Of a DNA stretch of 64,000 nt, positions 10,237 through 18,533 are shown piece by piece. The stretch covers positions 1 to 64,000 of the forward strand of contig CAWVVV010000003.1 in NCBI GenBank assembly GCA_963933835.1. The letters are read 5' to 3'. Within the stretch, counting starts at the first letter, position 1. Each line of letters opens with the position of its first letter. The notes beneath the pieces are model-generated. The model was not told the DNA's origin, searched no databases, and saw only the letters and a list, made by a program, of their open reading frames with translations. The stretch is from an uncultured Puniceicoccaceae bacterium (lineage in GTDB: Bacteria > Verrucomicrobiota > Verrucomicrobiia > Opitutales > Oceanipulchritudinaceae). A program made the position numbers and the translations under genes.

Positions 10237-10652
10237 ATTAATTTAAAAATTCAAATCAGTAACCGTTTAAAATTATTCTAAAGTGGCCCTCAGGCGTCAG
10301 TTAAGGATTGTAAGAAGGCCGCCATCTTATCGAAATCGCTCTTAGATGGTCTGTCCTTTTTCTCTCTCACCCAGCCTAAATACACGATCTTGAGCCGAAC
10401 AGAAACAAATAGCTCTACCTCCCTGCGCCTGACCCTAGTCAGGCGAATGCTTATCGCTGCGCTCTTGCCCCAGGCGATAGCGGTGGGGGTCATCACGGTA
10501 TTTCACGGACAATTAGACGCGTCGGTTGAGATTGGGATCATGGTCTAGGGCTCTCAATTTGCAAACGACTCGTCGAGCTCATCGGTGGCACTATCTCCTG
10601 CAAAAGTGCCGAAGGAAAAGGGAGCTGTTTCAGCGTCGAGCTAGAGGTCTCA

Positions 10653-11102
10653 ATGAAGGAGGATGCGATCGCCCCACCTTCAACAGGCAAACTCGACTTC
10701 ACCCTAGAAGGACCGATGCCGAAAATCATCTGTGCAGAAGACAATGCGGCCAACCGCGCGATCCTTCGTGTCCTTCTTGAGAAGTTGAACCAGAACTGCA
10801 CCTTCGTTGAAAATGGCGCAGAGCTCATCGCGCACCTCAACGAAGATTCTTACGACTTGATCCTCCTCGACATCAATATGCCGGTGATGAATGGCATCGA
10901 AGCCTGCCAAATGATCCGCAACGGTGGCGGCGGCGAACTGCACCGTGCAGTCTTTATCAGCGCGCTCACTGCTGCGGCGAGTGACGAGAGCAAACAAGCT
11001 GCTATCGATGCAGGGATGGACTGCTTCATGACAAAGCCCTTCACGACCGAAATCCTGAAGAACATCATTAAGCAATACCAGGAGTACAGCAGCCCTAGCT
11101 AA
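10653..11102 (+). CDS. Stand-alone response-regulator receiver domain (hybrid-kinase C-terminal type)
   Basis: AEDNAANR, DLILLDINMPVMNG, ALTA and TKPF motifs; start may be 10716. Confidence 0.8.
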   Translation: MKEDAIAPPSTGKLDFTLEGPMPKIICAEDNAANRAILRVLLEKLNQNCTFVENGAELIAHLNEDSYDLILLDINMPVMNGIEACQMIRNGGGGELHRAVFISALTAAASDESKQAAIDAGMDCFMTKPFTTEILKNIIKQYQEYSSPS

Positions 11103-11208
11103 GAAGTGGCGACAGACGCGGCTCAGTTATAGATTTCAGATAAACTAACAAAAAAGTGCAGTAGCTCGAGCAGCAACGGAGTATGCTTAGTAAAACCCAA
11201 ACTACTTC

Positions 11209-12270
11209 ATGCTAAAACAACTACTCCTACTCACTACCCTCAGTCTATCTTTCCAGGCCCTTTCTGCCCAAAACACAGTTTCAACGATCAAATCGGGACT
11301 CTCGATGGTTGGCGATGGACTAGCAGTGGATTCCACCGGAAATATTTTTATCCCAAGTGGATTTGGAGATCCTACCGTTTGGAAAATTGCCTCCGATGGG
11401 GCGCTCACCGAATTCGCATCCGGCTACCAGTCAGCCGTCGGTATCGCGATTGATAGCCAAGACAATCTCTTCGTAAACGACTACCGTGGAAACGCCTTAA
11501 CAATGATTACGCCAGCAGGTGTTAAGACTGATTTCGCGACGCAATTGAACGGACCTGCGGGAGTTGCGATCGACAGCCAAGGCAACATCTACGTCACCCT
11601 CTTTGGAGCCAATTTCAGCGGAACAGGGGCCAGTATTATTCGCTTCACACCTGAAGGCGTCCAGTCCCCCTTCGCTTCGGGCGCACCACTGCGGGATATC
11701 ATAGGGATCGCGATTGACGATGCGGACAACGTCTACGTTAGCAATTGGGTTTCTGGTAATCTCTACAAAATTTCAGCGGGGACGACGACACCTGTGCTCT
11801 TTGCCACGATCCCGGATTCAGCGAACATCAATCAGATCACCTATTCAAAAGGCTACATTTATGTCCCGACCCCAAATGAAGATAAGATCTATCGCGTCGA
11901 CCTCGCCGGAAACATCGAACTGTTAGCAGGCGTCGGCACTAGAGGATTGAAAAATGGACCTGCTCTAGAGTCCACTTTTGGTGGGCCAAACAGTGCCGGA
12001 GCGAATGCAGCCGGGGACACGCTTTATGTCGTCGATGCGACATTAAACAACCTTCGCGCCATTGATCTCGGTTGCCCCACTCCAGGCTAAGGCATTTTTG
12101 CAGAGGACTGCGTCGACGAGAACAACTGGCTAGATTCCGGATCCAGTTTCCTTGGCTTCATCAACGTAAGTTTCTACCCGTGGATCTACATCTTCAATAC
12201 CGATACGTTTGCCTACGTCTCAGACGGCACCCCAGCTTCGAGCGGTGCATGGATGTTTATGCTCCGCTAG
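11209..12270 (+). pseudogene. Secreted NHL-repeat beta-propeller protein interrupted by an in-frame TAA at 12088-12090
   Basis: Signal peptide and repeated G(L/I/V)A(V/I)DSQGNI(F/Y)V NHL units. After the TAA the frame stays open for 59 aa (NNWLDSGSSFLGFINVSFYPWIY...GAWMF) to a TAG at 12270. Confidence 0.7.
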
Positions 12271-12279
12271 GGAGCGGCT

Positions 12280-13353
12280 TTAAAGCCCCGTATCCGGGTA
12301 ACTGCCGAGGCATCTCACGAGCGGACTCAGTTGTTCCAACTCGCCAATCGCTGCCGTGATATCTTCGTCATCTCGGTGCCCTGCGATATCGATGTAGAAG
12401 TAGTAGTCCCACATTTTCTGGCGGCTCGGGCGTGACTCGATCTTGGTGATGTTGATACCCCGTTCATTGAACGGCTCCAGCGCCTTCATCAGTGCACCCG
12501 GATGGTTGTCTGGAAGAGTGAAGACAAAGGTAGACTTGTCCCTACCCTTGCCGAGACCCGGCGTTGCTTCACGCCCAATGACAAAGAAGCGAGTGACGTT
12601 GTTCTGCTTATCCTGAATCCCCTCTTCGATCACTGGCACGTCGTAAAGATTGGCTGCCGAGCGACTTGCAATCGCCGCCGCCCCGGGAGTTTCTTTAGCG
12701 ATTTTAACGGCCGCTGCGGTACTTGTAGTCTCGATCAAGTCGACCCCTGGAAGACGTCGCGAGAGCCATTGGCGGCACTGTCCGAGAGCGTTGTCCTTTG
12801 AGTAGACGGCTGTCACCTCGTTGAGCGGACTCATCGAGATCAGTCCATGGCTGATTTCCAAATAAATCTGGGCGACGATCGTCAACTCCGTCTCGATAAG
12901 CATATCGAGTGTGCTGATGACCGTGCCCTGCGTAGAGTTTTCAACCGGCACGACACCGTAGTCCGTCTCCTTGCGGGCCACCGCACTGAAAACGTCGGGC
13001 ACGGTTGCGAGTCCCAGATAGTCGAGGCTCGTACCGAAATTCTTCATTGCGGCCTGATGCGTGTAAGTCGCTTCAGGTCCGAGGTAAGCGATGCTAATCG
13101 GCTTCTCTAAGGAAATCGCGGCTGAGATAATTTCACGCCAGATCGCCCGCAAAGCGGCATCTTTCAGCGGGCCATCGCTGTGGGCAGTCAGCTTTCCAAA
13201 GACCTGTTCTTCGCGGCTAGGAACGTAGACTTCTTTGCCTTCCTTCAGCTTGATGTGCCCGATCTGGCCCGCGAGGCGCACGCGCTCGTTGAGCCGGTCC
13301 ACTATCTCGCGGTCGATCGCATCAATCTTATTTCGAATCTCATTGAGGTCCAT
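12280..13353 (-). CDS. pheA: Chorismate mutase / prephenate dehydratase (P-protein)
   Basis: N-terminal CM domain (IRNKIDAIDREIV), YLGPEATYT, PVENS, NVTRF and KIESRPS ACT domain. Confidence 0.95.
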   Translation of the reverse strand: MDLNEIRNKIDAIDREIVDRLNERVRLAGQIGHIKLKEGKEVYVPSREEQVFGKLTAHSDGPLKDAALRAIWREIISAAISLEKPISIAYLGPEATYTHQAAMKNFGTSLDYLGLATVPDVFSAVARKETDYGVVPVENSTQGTVISTLDMLIETELTIVAQIYLEISHGLISMSPLNEVTAVYSKDNALGQCRQWLSRRLPGVDLIETTSTAAAVKIAKETPGAAAIASRSAANLYDVPVIEEGIQDKQNNVTRFFVIGREATPGLGKGRDKSTFVFTLPDNHPGALMKALEPFNERGINITKIESRPSRQKMWDYYFYIDIAGHRDDEDITAAIGELEQLSPLVRCLGSYPDTGL

Positions 13354-13410
13354 TATGGGTTTTAGGCGTACGTAGGGTGTATTAAACTGGCAAGGCTACT
13401 TTAGAAGCCT

Positions 13411-15096
13411 CTAAGCAAAAAGTGCTTTCCGGAAGGCGGCGTCTTTCACCCGGTCTGTCTTGATTTCAATCAATTGAACTCCTTTAGCCGGCAGATCAGC
13501 GAGGATCAGGCCCAGCTCAGCAGTGTCTTTTGCTAGCCGATGGGGAATTCCATAAGCCGACGCAAGGGTCTGAAAATCAACCTCCTGAGGAGTGGCAAAC
13601 AGTCGCTCAAAAATGTCTTCTTCCTTTGCGATTGGTAGATGATGAAAAATCCCTCCGCCCTGATTGTTCACACACACAATCGTCAAACTGCCTCCAAAGG
13701 CAGACTTCGCGGCGAGGAACCCGTTCGTGTCATGAAGCAAAGCAAGATCACCCGTGTAGAGCACCGCCGGGCGGTCCATTCCCTCCGCCACTCCAAGCGC
13801 AGTCGACAGCGTTCCATCGATCCCATTAGCGCCACGGTTGAAAAAGATGCGCCGCTGATCCGAATTCGCCGGCCAAAACCACTCTGCGTCGCGCACCGGC
13901 ATGCTACTCGCAACATAGATCGGCGTCCCCTTCGGGGTGGCAAACAGCACTGTCCTCGCGATCGCTGCTTCGCGCTCAGGGTTCTCATCGAGAGATACGT
14001 CGTTTTGCTTCGCTAAAGCTGCCTCGTGCTCGATCAGGTTCGATGCCTTTTCAGACAATGGGCGCGACGTGTTAGGCATCGTTAACGCCTCGACCGAACC
14101 CTCAAGATACGATGCAGGAGCCTTCGATGCATTCCACCCCGAGGCACCCTCGCCCACAATCCATGTTGGCAGGGCCCACACAGAAAGACACTTCCGCAAC
14201 ACTTTACCCGTCTGCAATGGTCCAAGCTGAATGATCGCCGAGGGCTTCACCTGTTCGGCTAGAGCGCTATCCCTCAAAAGTTGGTCGTAGTGTGCAATCG
14301 GCGCAGAACTCTGTCTATCAGAAAAGTGACGACACGGGTTCAACGCATCGGTAAGAACTGGCCAACCCGTCGCCACGCTCAAGCGATCAACCGCTTCGAC
14401 ATACGCCAGCGGATTCTCTGGCTGCGCTGGGCCAGCAATGATCCACCCGTAGGCAGGCAGGTCCGGTAGAGTAAGCTCAACTGTCTGCAATGGCTTCGGT
14501 CGAGAGCTGCGCTCAAGGATTCGCAACAATGGATCCTTCAATCCCTCAATCCTTTCTCCACCGAGCGGCTCACGGAAGGGACAATTTAAATGCACCGGTT
14601 TGCCCTGCGTCTTTGCGGTCGAAAACGCTTCAAGAAGCAGTTCAGACCAACTATGAAAAGTTTCCTCATCGCCATCGGGCACCGGCGCCTCGGCTGTCCA
14701 GCAAGCGAAACCTCCAAAAATCTTCTCCTGATTGATCGATTGGCCCGCCTGACAATTCCGCAACTCTGGCGGGCGATCCGCCGTAAGGAGAATAAGCGGG
14801 ACTCGACTCTCGGAGGCCTCGACCACCGCAGGCAGATAGTTCGCCACCGCACTGCCCGAAGTGCAGATGAGAGCTACCGGCCGCGAATGACTCCGCGCCA
14901 AACCCAAAGCAAAAAAGCCCGCTGAGCGCTCATCCAAGATCACCGCGCACTTCAAGTCCTTCTCTCGCATGCACGCCACCGCCAGCGGTGTAGAACGCGA
15001 GCCAGGCGAGATCACAACATCCCTAATCCCCTCACGCAGCAGCAATGCCGCTGTGAGCAGTCCAGTCAGGGTGTTTGTCGAAGCTTGATCCGCCAT
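13411..15096 (-). CDS. menD: SEPHCHC synthase
   Basis: ISPGSRSTPLA, DERSAGFFALG, LTADRPPEL, NRGANGIDG, GDLALLHD and NNQGGGIF motifs. Confidence 0.95.
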   Translation of the reverse strand: MADQASTNTLTGLLTAALLLREGIRDVVISPGSRSTPLAVACMREKDLKCAVILDERSAGFFALGLARSHSRPVALICTSGSAVANYLPAVVEASESRVPLILLTADRPPELRNCQAGQSINQEKIFGGFACWTAEAPVPDGDEETFHSWSELLLEAFSTAKTQGKPVHLNCPFREPLGGERIEGLKDPLLRILERSSRPKPLQTVELTLPDLPAYGWIIAGPAQPENPLAYVEAVDRLSVATGWPVLTDALNPCRHFSDRQSSAPIAHYDQLLRDSALAEQVKPSAIIQLGPLQTGKVLRKCLSVWALPTWIVGEGASGWNASKAPASYLEGSVEALTMPNTSRPLSEKASNLIEHEAALAKQNDVSLDENPEREAAIARTVLFATPKGTPIYVASSMPVRDAEWFWPANSDQRRIFFNRGANGIDGTLSTALGVAEGMDRPAVLYTGDLALLHDTNGFLAAKSAFGGSLTIVCVNNQGGGIFHHLPIAKEEDIFERLFATPQEVDFQTLASAYGIPHRLAKDTAELGLILADLPAKGVQLIEIKTDRVKDAAFRKALFA

Positions 15097-15178
15097 CTCT
15101 CCATTGAATAACAGCAAGTCCGCCGCTCATGACAACCCAGCTTTTAGTCCCTTCAGTGCCAATCAGCGTTAAACAGAA

Positions 15179-15600
15179 TTCTCACCACAAGAAGCACAAG
15201 ATCTTCATTTCCACAGAAGACACAGAGAACGCAGAGAACTTATTAAAGACCCCCAAACCCATCCGTGTCTCCGTGGTGAAAACTAAACAAGAGCTTCTCT
15301 CACAGAGGCACTGAGGCACTGACAACCACTGCAAAGCAGAACCACGGATGAACACAGATAAACACTGATCTGATCAACTGGATCTAACACATCCTACCTA
15401 TCCTGTTCATCCACGTAAACAAACCAGAGCAAAAGCCATCCTCGTTTAAAAAAACTTTTCACCACAAAAGGCACAAAAAATTGATTTCACAAGAGACACA
15501 GAGAACGCAGAGCGACCAAGCCACAAGTATCCGTGTTCATCCGTGGTTAAACCCTACAGAGCCTTAGCTTGTGTGGTTCTTGTCCTTACAGTGCCCAAGC
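15179..15600. repeat. Mosaic repeat cluster A (8-10 bp periodic arms in both orientations)
   Basis: Arms such as CACAGAAGA-CACAGAGAA-CGCAGAG and AACCACGGAT-GAACACAGAT-AAACACTGAT (15340-15369), with the inverted partner ATCCGTGTTCATCCGTGGTT (15529-15548). Shares long segments with cluster B. Confidence 0.85.
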
Positions 15601-15680
15601 ATCTGTCCCGGCATGAGCAGCCTGCCGAATGCGTTCATTCGTCCTGTTATGAGCCTGACCAGCACCTCACATCCTTCCCT

Positions 15681-15713
15681 CATTCAACACTCATCATTCA
15701 TCATTCATCATTC
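15681..15713 (+). repeat. 7-bp tandem repeat (CATTCAT)n, about 5 copies
   Basis: CATTCAA CACTCAT CATTCAT CATTCAT CATTC. Confidence 0.8.
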
Positions 15714-15804
15714 CTATCTCTTCCGTCCTTGCCATCTCGCCGGCCTTCGCCTCATCTAGAAAACGTCTTTACCCGCTAACCGATGCTGTGCCCAACTCAG
15801 AGTT

Positions 15805-15823
15805 CTTTATAACACTGTTCGAC
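15805..15823 (+). other. Candidate attI / first recombination core (GTTCGAC)
   Basis: CTTTATA-ACACT-GTTCGAC lies 10 nt before the first cassette ATG. Its core is 6/7 complementary to the cassette's downstream R'' box GCCGAAC. Confidence 0.4.
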
Positions 15824-15833
15824 CGAAATAATT

Positions 15834-16206
15834 ATGATAAATAGAAAATCATTAGGCACATTTGCTTCTATTGCGCTTCTCGTGATCTGGGGATTAATGA
15901 AAATCCCCACATACCATGCATTCACTGAAGGTGACTTTGAGCTCGGACCAAATGAGTTCAATTACTTGGAGGTGGAAAGCGAATCGGCTTCTCCTATCAG
16001 GGTTGAGTTAACCGGATCAGCAGAGGTGAAGTATGATGCCTATTTATTGGATGAGAAGGAAATGGGAAAGCGTTCTGACCGCTGACAAAAGAGATATAAT
16101 GATGCCACAGGGATTGTATTTTTTGGTCGTCGATAACACCCTACTTTGTAGCGCAGCATCAGAGGAAAAACTCAGTGTTCACTACAAGATCTCTGAAAAG
16201 TATTAA
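15834..16206 (+). pseudogene. Cassette 1: membrane-anchored hypothetical protein, frameshifted
   Basis: ORF 15834-16085 continues in another frame as ...MPQGLYFLVVDNTLL...YKISEKY*, ending at 16206 just before an attC. Confidence 0.6.
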
Positions 16207-16211
16207 CAAAG

Positions 16212-16248
16212 GCCGAACCAGCCAGCGGAGCTAATACTAAGGTTGGGC
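16212..16248 (+). other. attC site, internally deleted (37 bp)
   Basis: R'' GCCGAAC and R' GTTGGGC are present, but the central stem is missing. Confidence 0.55.
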
Positions 16249-16283
16249 AAAAACTAAAAAGACTGATATACTAAAACTAACTT

Positions 16284-16907
16284 ATGAAAACAAAACTAAT
16301 CATTCATAGTATACTGATTATCGCTTTATCTTTTATCGTAGGATGCGCAACGGTCGTTCGAGGAGGATCCGAGAAGCTCATTATCCAAAGTTCTCCATCG
16401 GGAGCAGAGGTAAGACTTTCAACCGGGCAGTCAGGGGTCACCCCTTGTGGAATCGTGATTAAGCGTAAAGATACCATTTTTGTCACCATAGACAAATCTG
16501 GCTAAAAGCCAGTTGAGACTGCCGTGATCTCAAGTATCGATGGCGCTTCCCTTGGTATTGGTACTGCTGCAAACTTCTTGTTCCTTCCTGTCGTCAATGA
16601 TATCGTGGATTACAGCACTGGCGCAAATTATTCACACAAGCCTAATCCGCTCGTTGTAACTCTTATTCCCCTAGATTCTACAGAAGATTACACACTTATC
16701 GCCCCGCCTTCCCCTACGGAAGAATCAGTGAACGTAGTAGAACCGCCTTCTCCTTCAGAAGAGTCAGCGGACGTAGAACTGCCCTCTCCTACGGAAGAAC
16801 CTGTGGATGTAGTAGCGCCGCTTTCTCTTTCGGAAGAACCCGTGGAGGGAGAGCCGTTTTCTCCTACCGAAGAATCAGTGGATGTAGAGCCGAACAAGTC
16901 GGAGTGA
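16284..16907 (+). pseudogene. Cassette 2: PEGA-domain lipoprotein with acidic Pro-rich repeats, in-frame TAA at 16503-16505
   Basis: Lipobox IVGC, SSPSGAEV...GVTP, and KSG*KPVE where PEGA domains have K.GY. The two ORFs (16284 and 16524) are in the same frame. Confidence 0.75.
16701..16892 (+). repeat. Coding tandem repeat, five 36-39 bp units (PSPTEESVDV(V)EP-like)
   Basis: Visible in both DNA and protein. Confidence 0.85.
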
Positions 16908-16956
16908 TCAACGTGCCAGCTCCTAGCCAGCTCCGTCATCATTCTCGACGTTCGAT
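16889..16956 (+). other. attC site (68 bp)
   Basis: R'' GCCGAAC, 5-nt spacer, L'' GGA(G)TGAT with an extra G, L' ATCATTC, 5-nt spacer, R' GTTCGAT. Confidence 0.8.
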
Positions 16957-16962
16957 AAAAAG

Positions 16963-17463
16963 ATGAACGAATATGTCCATGCTCATTTAGGCCGAAGGGG
17001 TGTTACGGCATTCGTGAATCTTATCGCCCTAAGTGTTTTGATGTATCCGCTGCAATGGGGAGGAATTGATGATCTCACCGTATATTCGATATTGCAGGTC
17101 TTGGGTGTTTTTCTCTGCACCTATTTCTATTGGAGCCCTGGGAAATTGCTATTGAACCTGAAGGTCTTGAAGGACGATGGGACTGAACTCAGCCTGAAGG
17201 AAAGAATAGTGAGAAATCTTCCGCTGATGGTTTTCTTTGCGGTTCCGATCCTTCCCCTTCGAGATTATTCAAGGCAACCGGGAGAAGAGTTTGTTTTTGA
17301 TCTTGTTCAGTTTTTGCCAGTTTTACTGATATTGGTGGTCTCCATATTCCTCCTGTGTAATTTCCTGACTCCATTATTTGAGAAGAAAGACAGGACATTG
17401 TTGGATCTTAAATTGGAAAGCTATGTTGGGATGTATCCGCAGCGTTTGAAGTTAAACCGTTGA
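16963..17463 (+). CDS. Cassette 3: RDD-family membrane protein
   Basis: LGRRG..AF, SPGKLLLNLKV...DG..LS...IVRN and RTLLD motifs. Confidence 0.75.
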   Translation: MNEYVHAHLGRRGVTAFVNLIALSVLMYPLQWGGIDDLTVYSILQVLGVFLCTYFYWSPGKLLLNLKVLKDDGTELSLKERIVRNLPLMVFFAVPILPLRDYSRQPGEEFVFDLVQFLPVLLILVVSIFLLCNFLTPLFEKKDRTLLDLKLESYVGMYPQRLKLNR

Positions 17464-17472
17464 AGTAAAACA

Positions 17473-17529
17473 TTCGAACCAGACGCAGCAGGCAATTCGC
17501 TACGCTCGCTCCTGTCCTCGACGTTCGCC
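17473..17529 (+). other. attC site (57 bp)
   Basis: R'' TTCGAAC, L'' GCA(G)CAGG, apex TTCGCTACGCTC, L' CCTGTCC, R' GTTCGCC. Confidence 0.85.
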
Positions 17530-17539
17530 TTAATAACGC

Positions 17540-17986
17540 ATGATCAAACAACTGAAACTCGAAGAGCTCAATCAACTCATCCCTCTCTTTGACCAATACA
17601 TGGTCTTCTATGGGAAGGCGTCTGCTCCTGGAAAATATGGGGAATATCTTCGCGAAAGGATTGAGAAGGATGAAGCGATTGTATTTCTGGCGTATGACGG
17701 TGAAGGGAGTGCGATTGGGTTTGCTTTGAATTATCGCTCATTTTCATCCGTCTCCTTGGGGAAAGTTGTCGTTTTGAATGACTTATTCGTTTCCCCGACC
17801 GCTAGAAGCCAAGGGATTGGCCAGCAATTGATCGAACGTAGCTTTGAACTCGCTAAAGAAACGGGAGCAGTTCGGGTTGATCTCTGCACCGCGAAAACCA
17901 ATATGGTTGCACAGGGCCTTTATGAAAAGATTGGGTTCGTGAAAGATACAGAATTCTATTCCTACAGCTTTAGTATCACCCAATAA
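17540..17986 (+). CDS. Cassette 4: GNAT-family N-acetyltransferase
   Basis: LNDLFVSPTARSQGIGQQLI acetyl-CoA motif A and N..AQGLYEKIGF motif B. Confidence 0.9.
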   Translation: MIKQLKLEELNQLIPLFDQYMVFYGKASAPGKYGEYLRERIEKDEAIVFLAYDGEGSAIGFALNYRSFSSVSLGKVVVLNDLFVSPTARSQGIGQQLIERSFELAKETGAVRVDLCTAKTNMVAQGLYEKIGFVKDTEFYSYSFSITQ

Positions 17987-18017
17987 GCCTAACATCCAAA
18001 TTTGAATCGAAATATTT

Positions 18018-18305
18018 ATGAAATTATTAGTACGTAATCTGAATCGGCAAACTACAGAAAAAGAACTGAATGTTTTGTTTCGAGAATTCGGCACTGTTCA
18101 ATCATGCAATTTAGTCATGGATAAGGTGAGTGGTGCCTCTAAAAGCTTTGGTTTTGTTGAGATGCCAAAAGTAGGTGAAGCAAAAGCCGCGATCAGAAAT
18201 TTAAACAACAAGACCATCCTCGGTAATAAAATACGGGTGAAGAAGGCTGAAGGTAAAAAGGCCGAACAAGGTGATTCAGATAACGCGGATCAGCCAAGCA
18301 CCTGA
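18018..18305 (+). CDS. Single-RRM RNA-binding protein
   Basis: RNP2 LLVRNL and RNP1 KSFGFVEM. Confidence 0.9.
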   Translation: MKLLVRNLNRQTTEKELNVLFREFGTVQSCNLVMDKVSGASKSFGFVEMPKVGEAKAAIRNLNNKTILGNKIRVKKAEGKKAEQGDSDNADQPST

Positions 18306-18321
18306 CCTAAAACTTGGGCCA

Positions 18322-18480
18322 ACGAAACACCTCTTTATCGTAACCCTTGCTCCGCTGCTCTTCCTCTTGTCCGCCAACGCCGAAGAAATGGAGAAGCACT
18401 TATTCATTCTTTCGGGCCAGTCGAATATGGCTAGGCTTGATCCGAGCAGTTCATTTACGCCGAGCCGAGAAAATGGCTAG
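18322..18480 (+). pseudogene. N-terminal fragment of a sialate O-acetylesterase (SASA/DUF303, SGNH) protein
   Basis: Signal peptide then HLFILSGQSNM. The apparent start codon reads ACG, and the ORF truncates shortly after the motif. Confidence 0.65.
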
Positions 18481-18533
18481 CAGACATCAATCAAGAACTA
18501 GAAAAACAACTACACCGATAGAAGATGAGTTCT

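Larger units (their letters stand above)
15790..18520 (+). mobile_element. Integron gene-cassette array lacking integrase (CALIN-like)
   Basis: Co-oriented short low-GC ORFs separated by ...AAC / GTT... attC-type sites at 16212-16248, 16889-16956 and 17473-17529. No tyrosine recombinase in the window. Confidence 0.8.

Noticed and set aside
10167..10290. SAM or SAH riboswitch upstream of metK-ahcY
   Set aside because: The region is AT-rich, lacks the conserved cores, and the predicted promoter leaves almost no 5' UTR.
12088..12090. Stop-codon reassignment as the explanation for the in-frame stops
   Set aside because: TAA, TAG and TGA all terminate intact core genes in this window, and the internal stops are of mixed types.
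15129..15779. Short ORFs 15129-15314, 15543-15779 and 15571-15759 (also 18347-18643)
   Set aside because: They are translations of the repeat mosaics (HHKKHK, TEDTENAE, HSSFIIHHS), not credible proteins.
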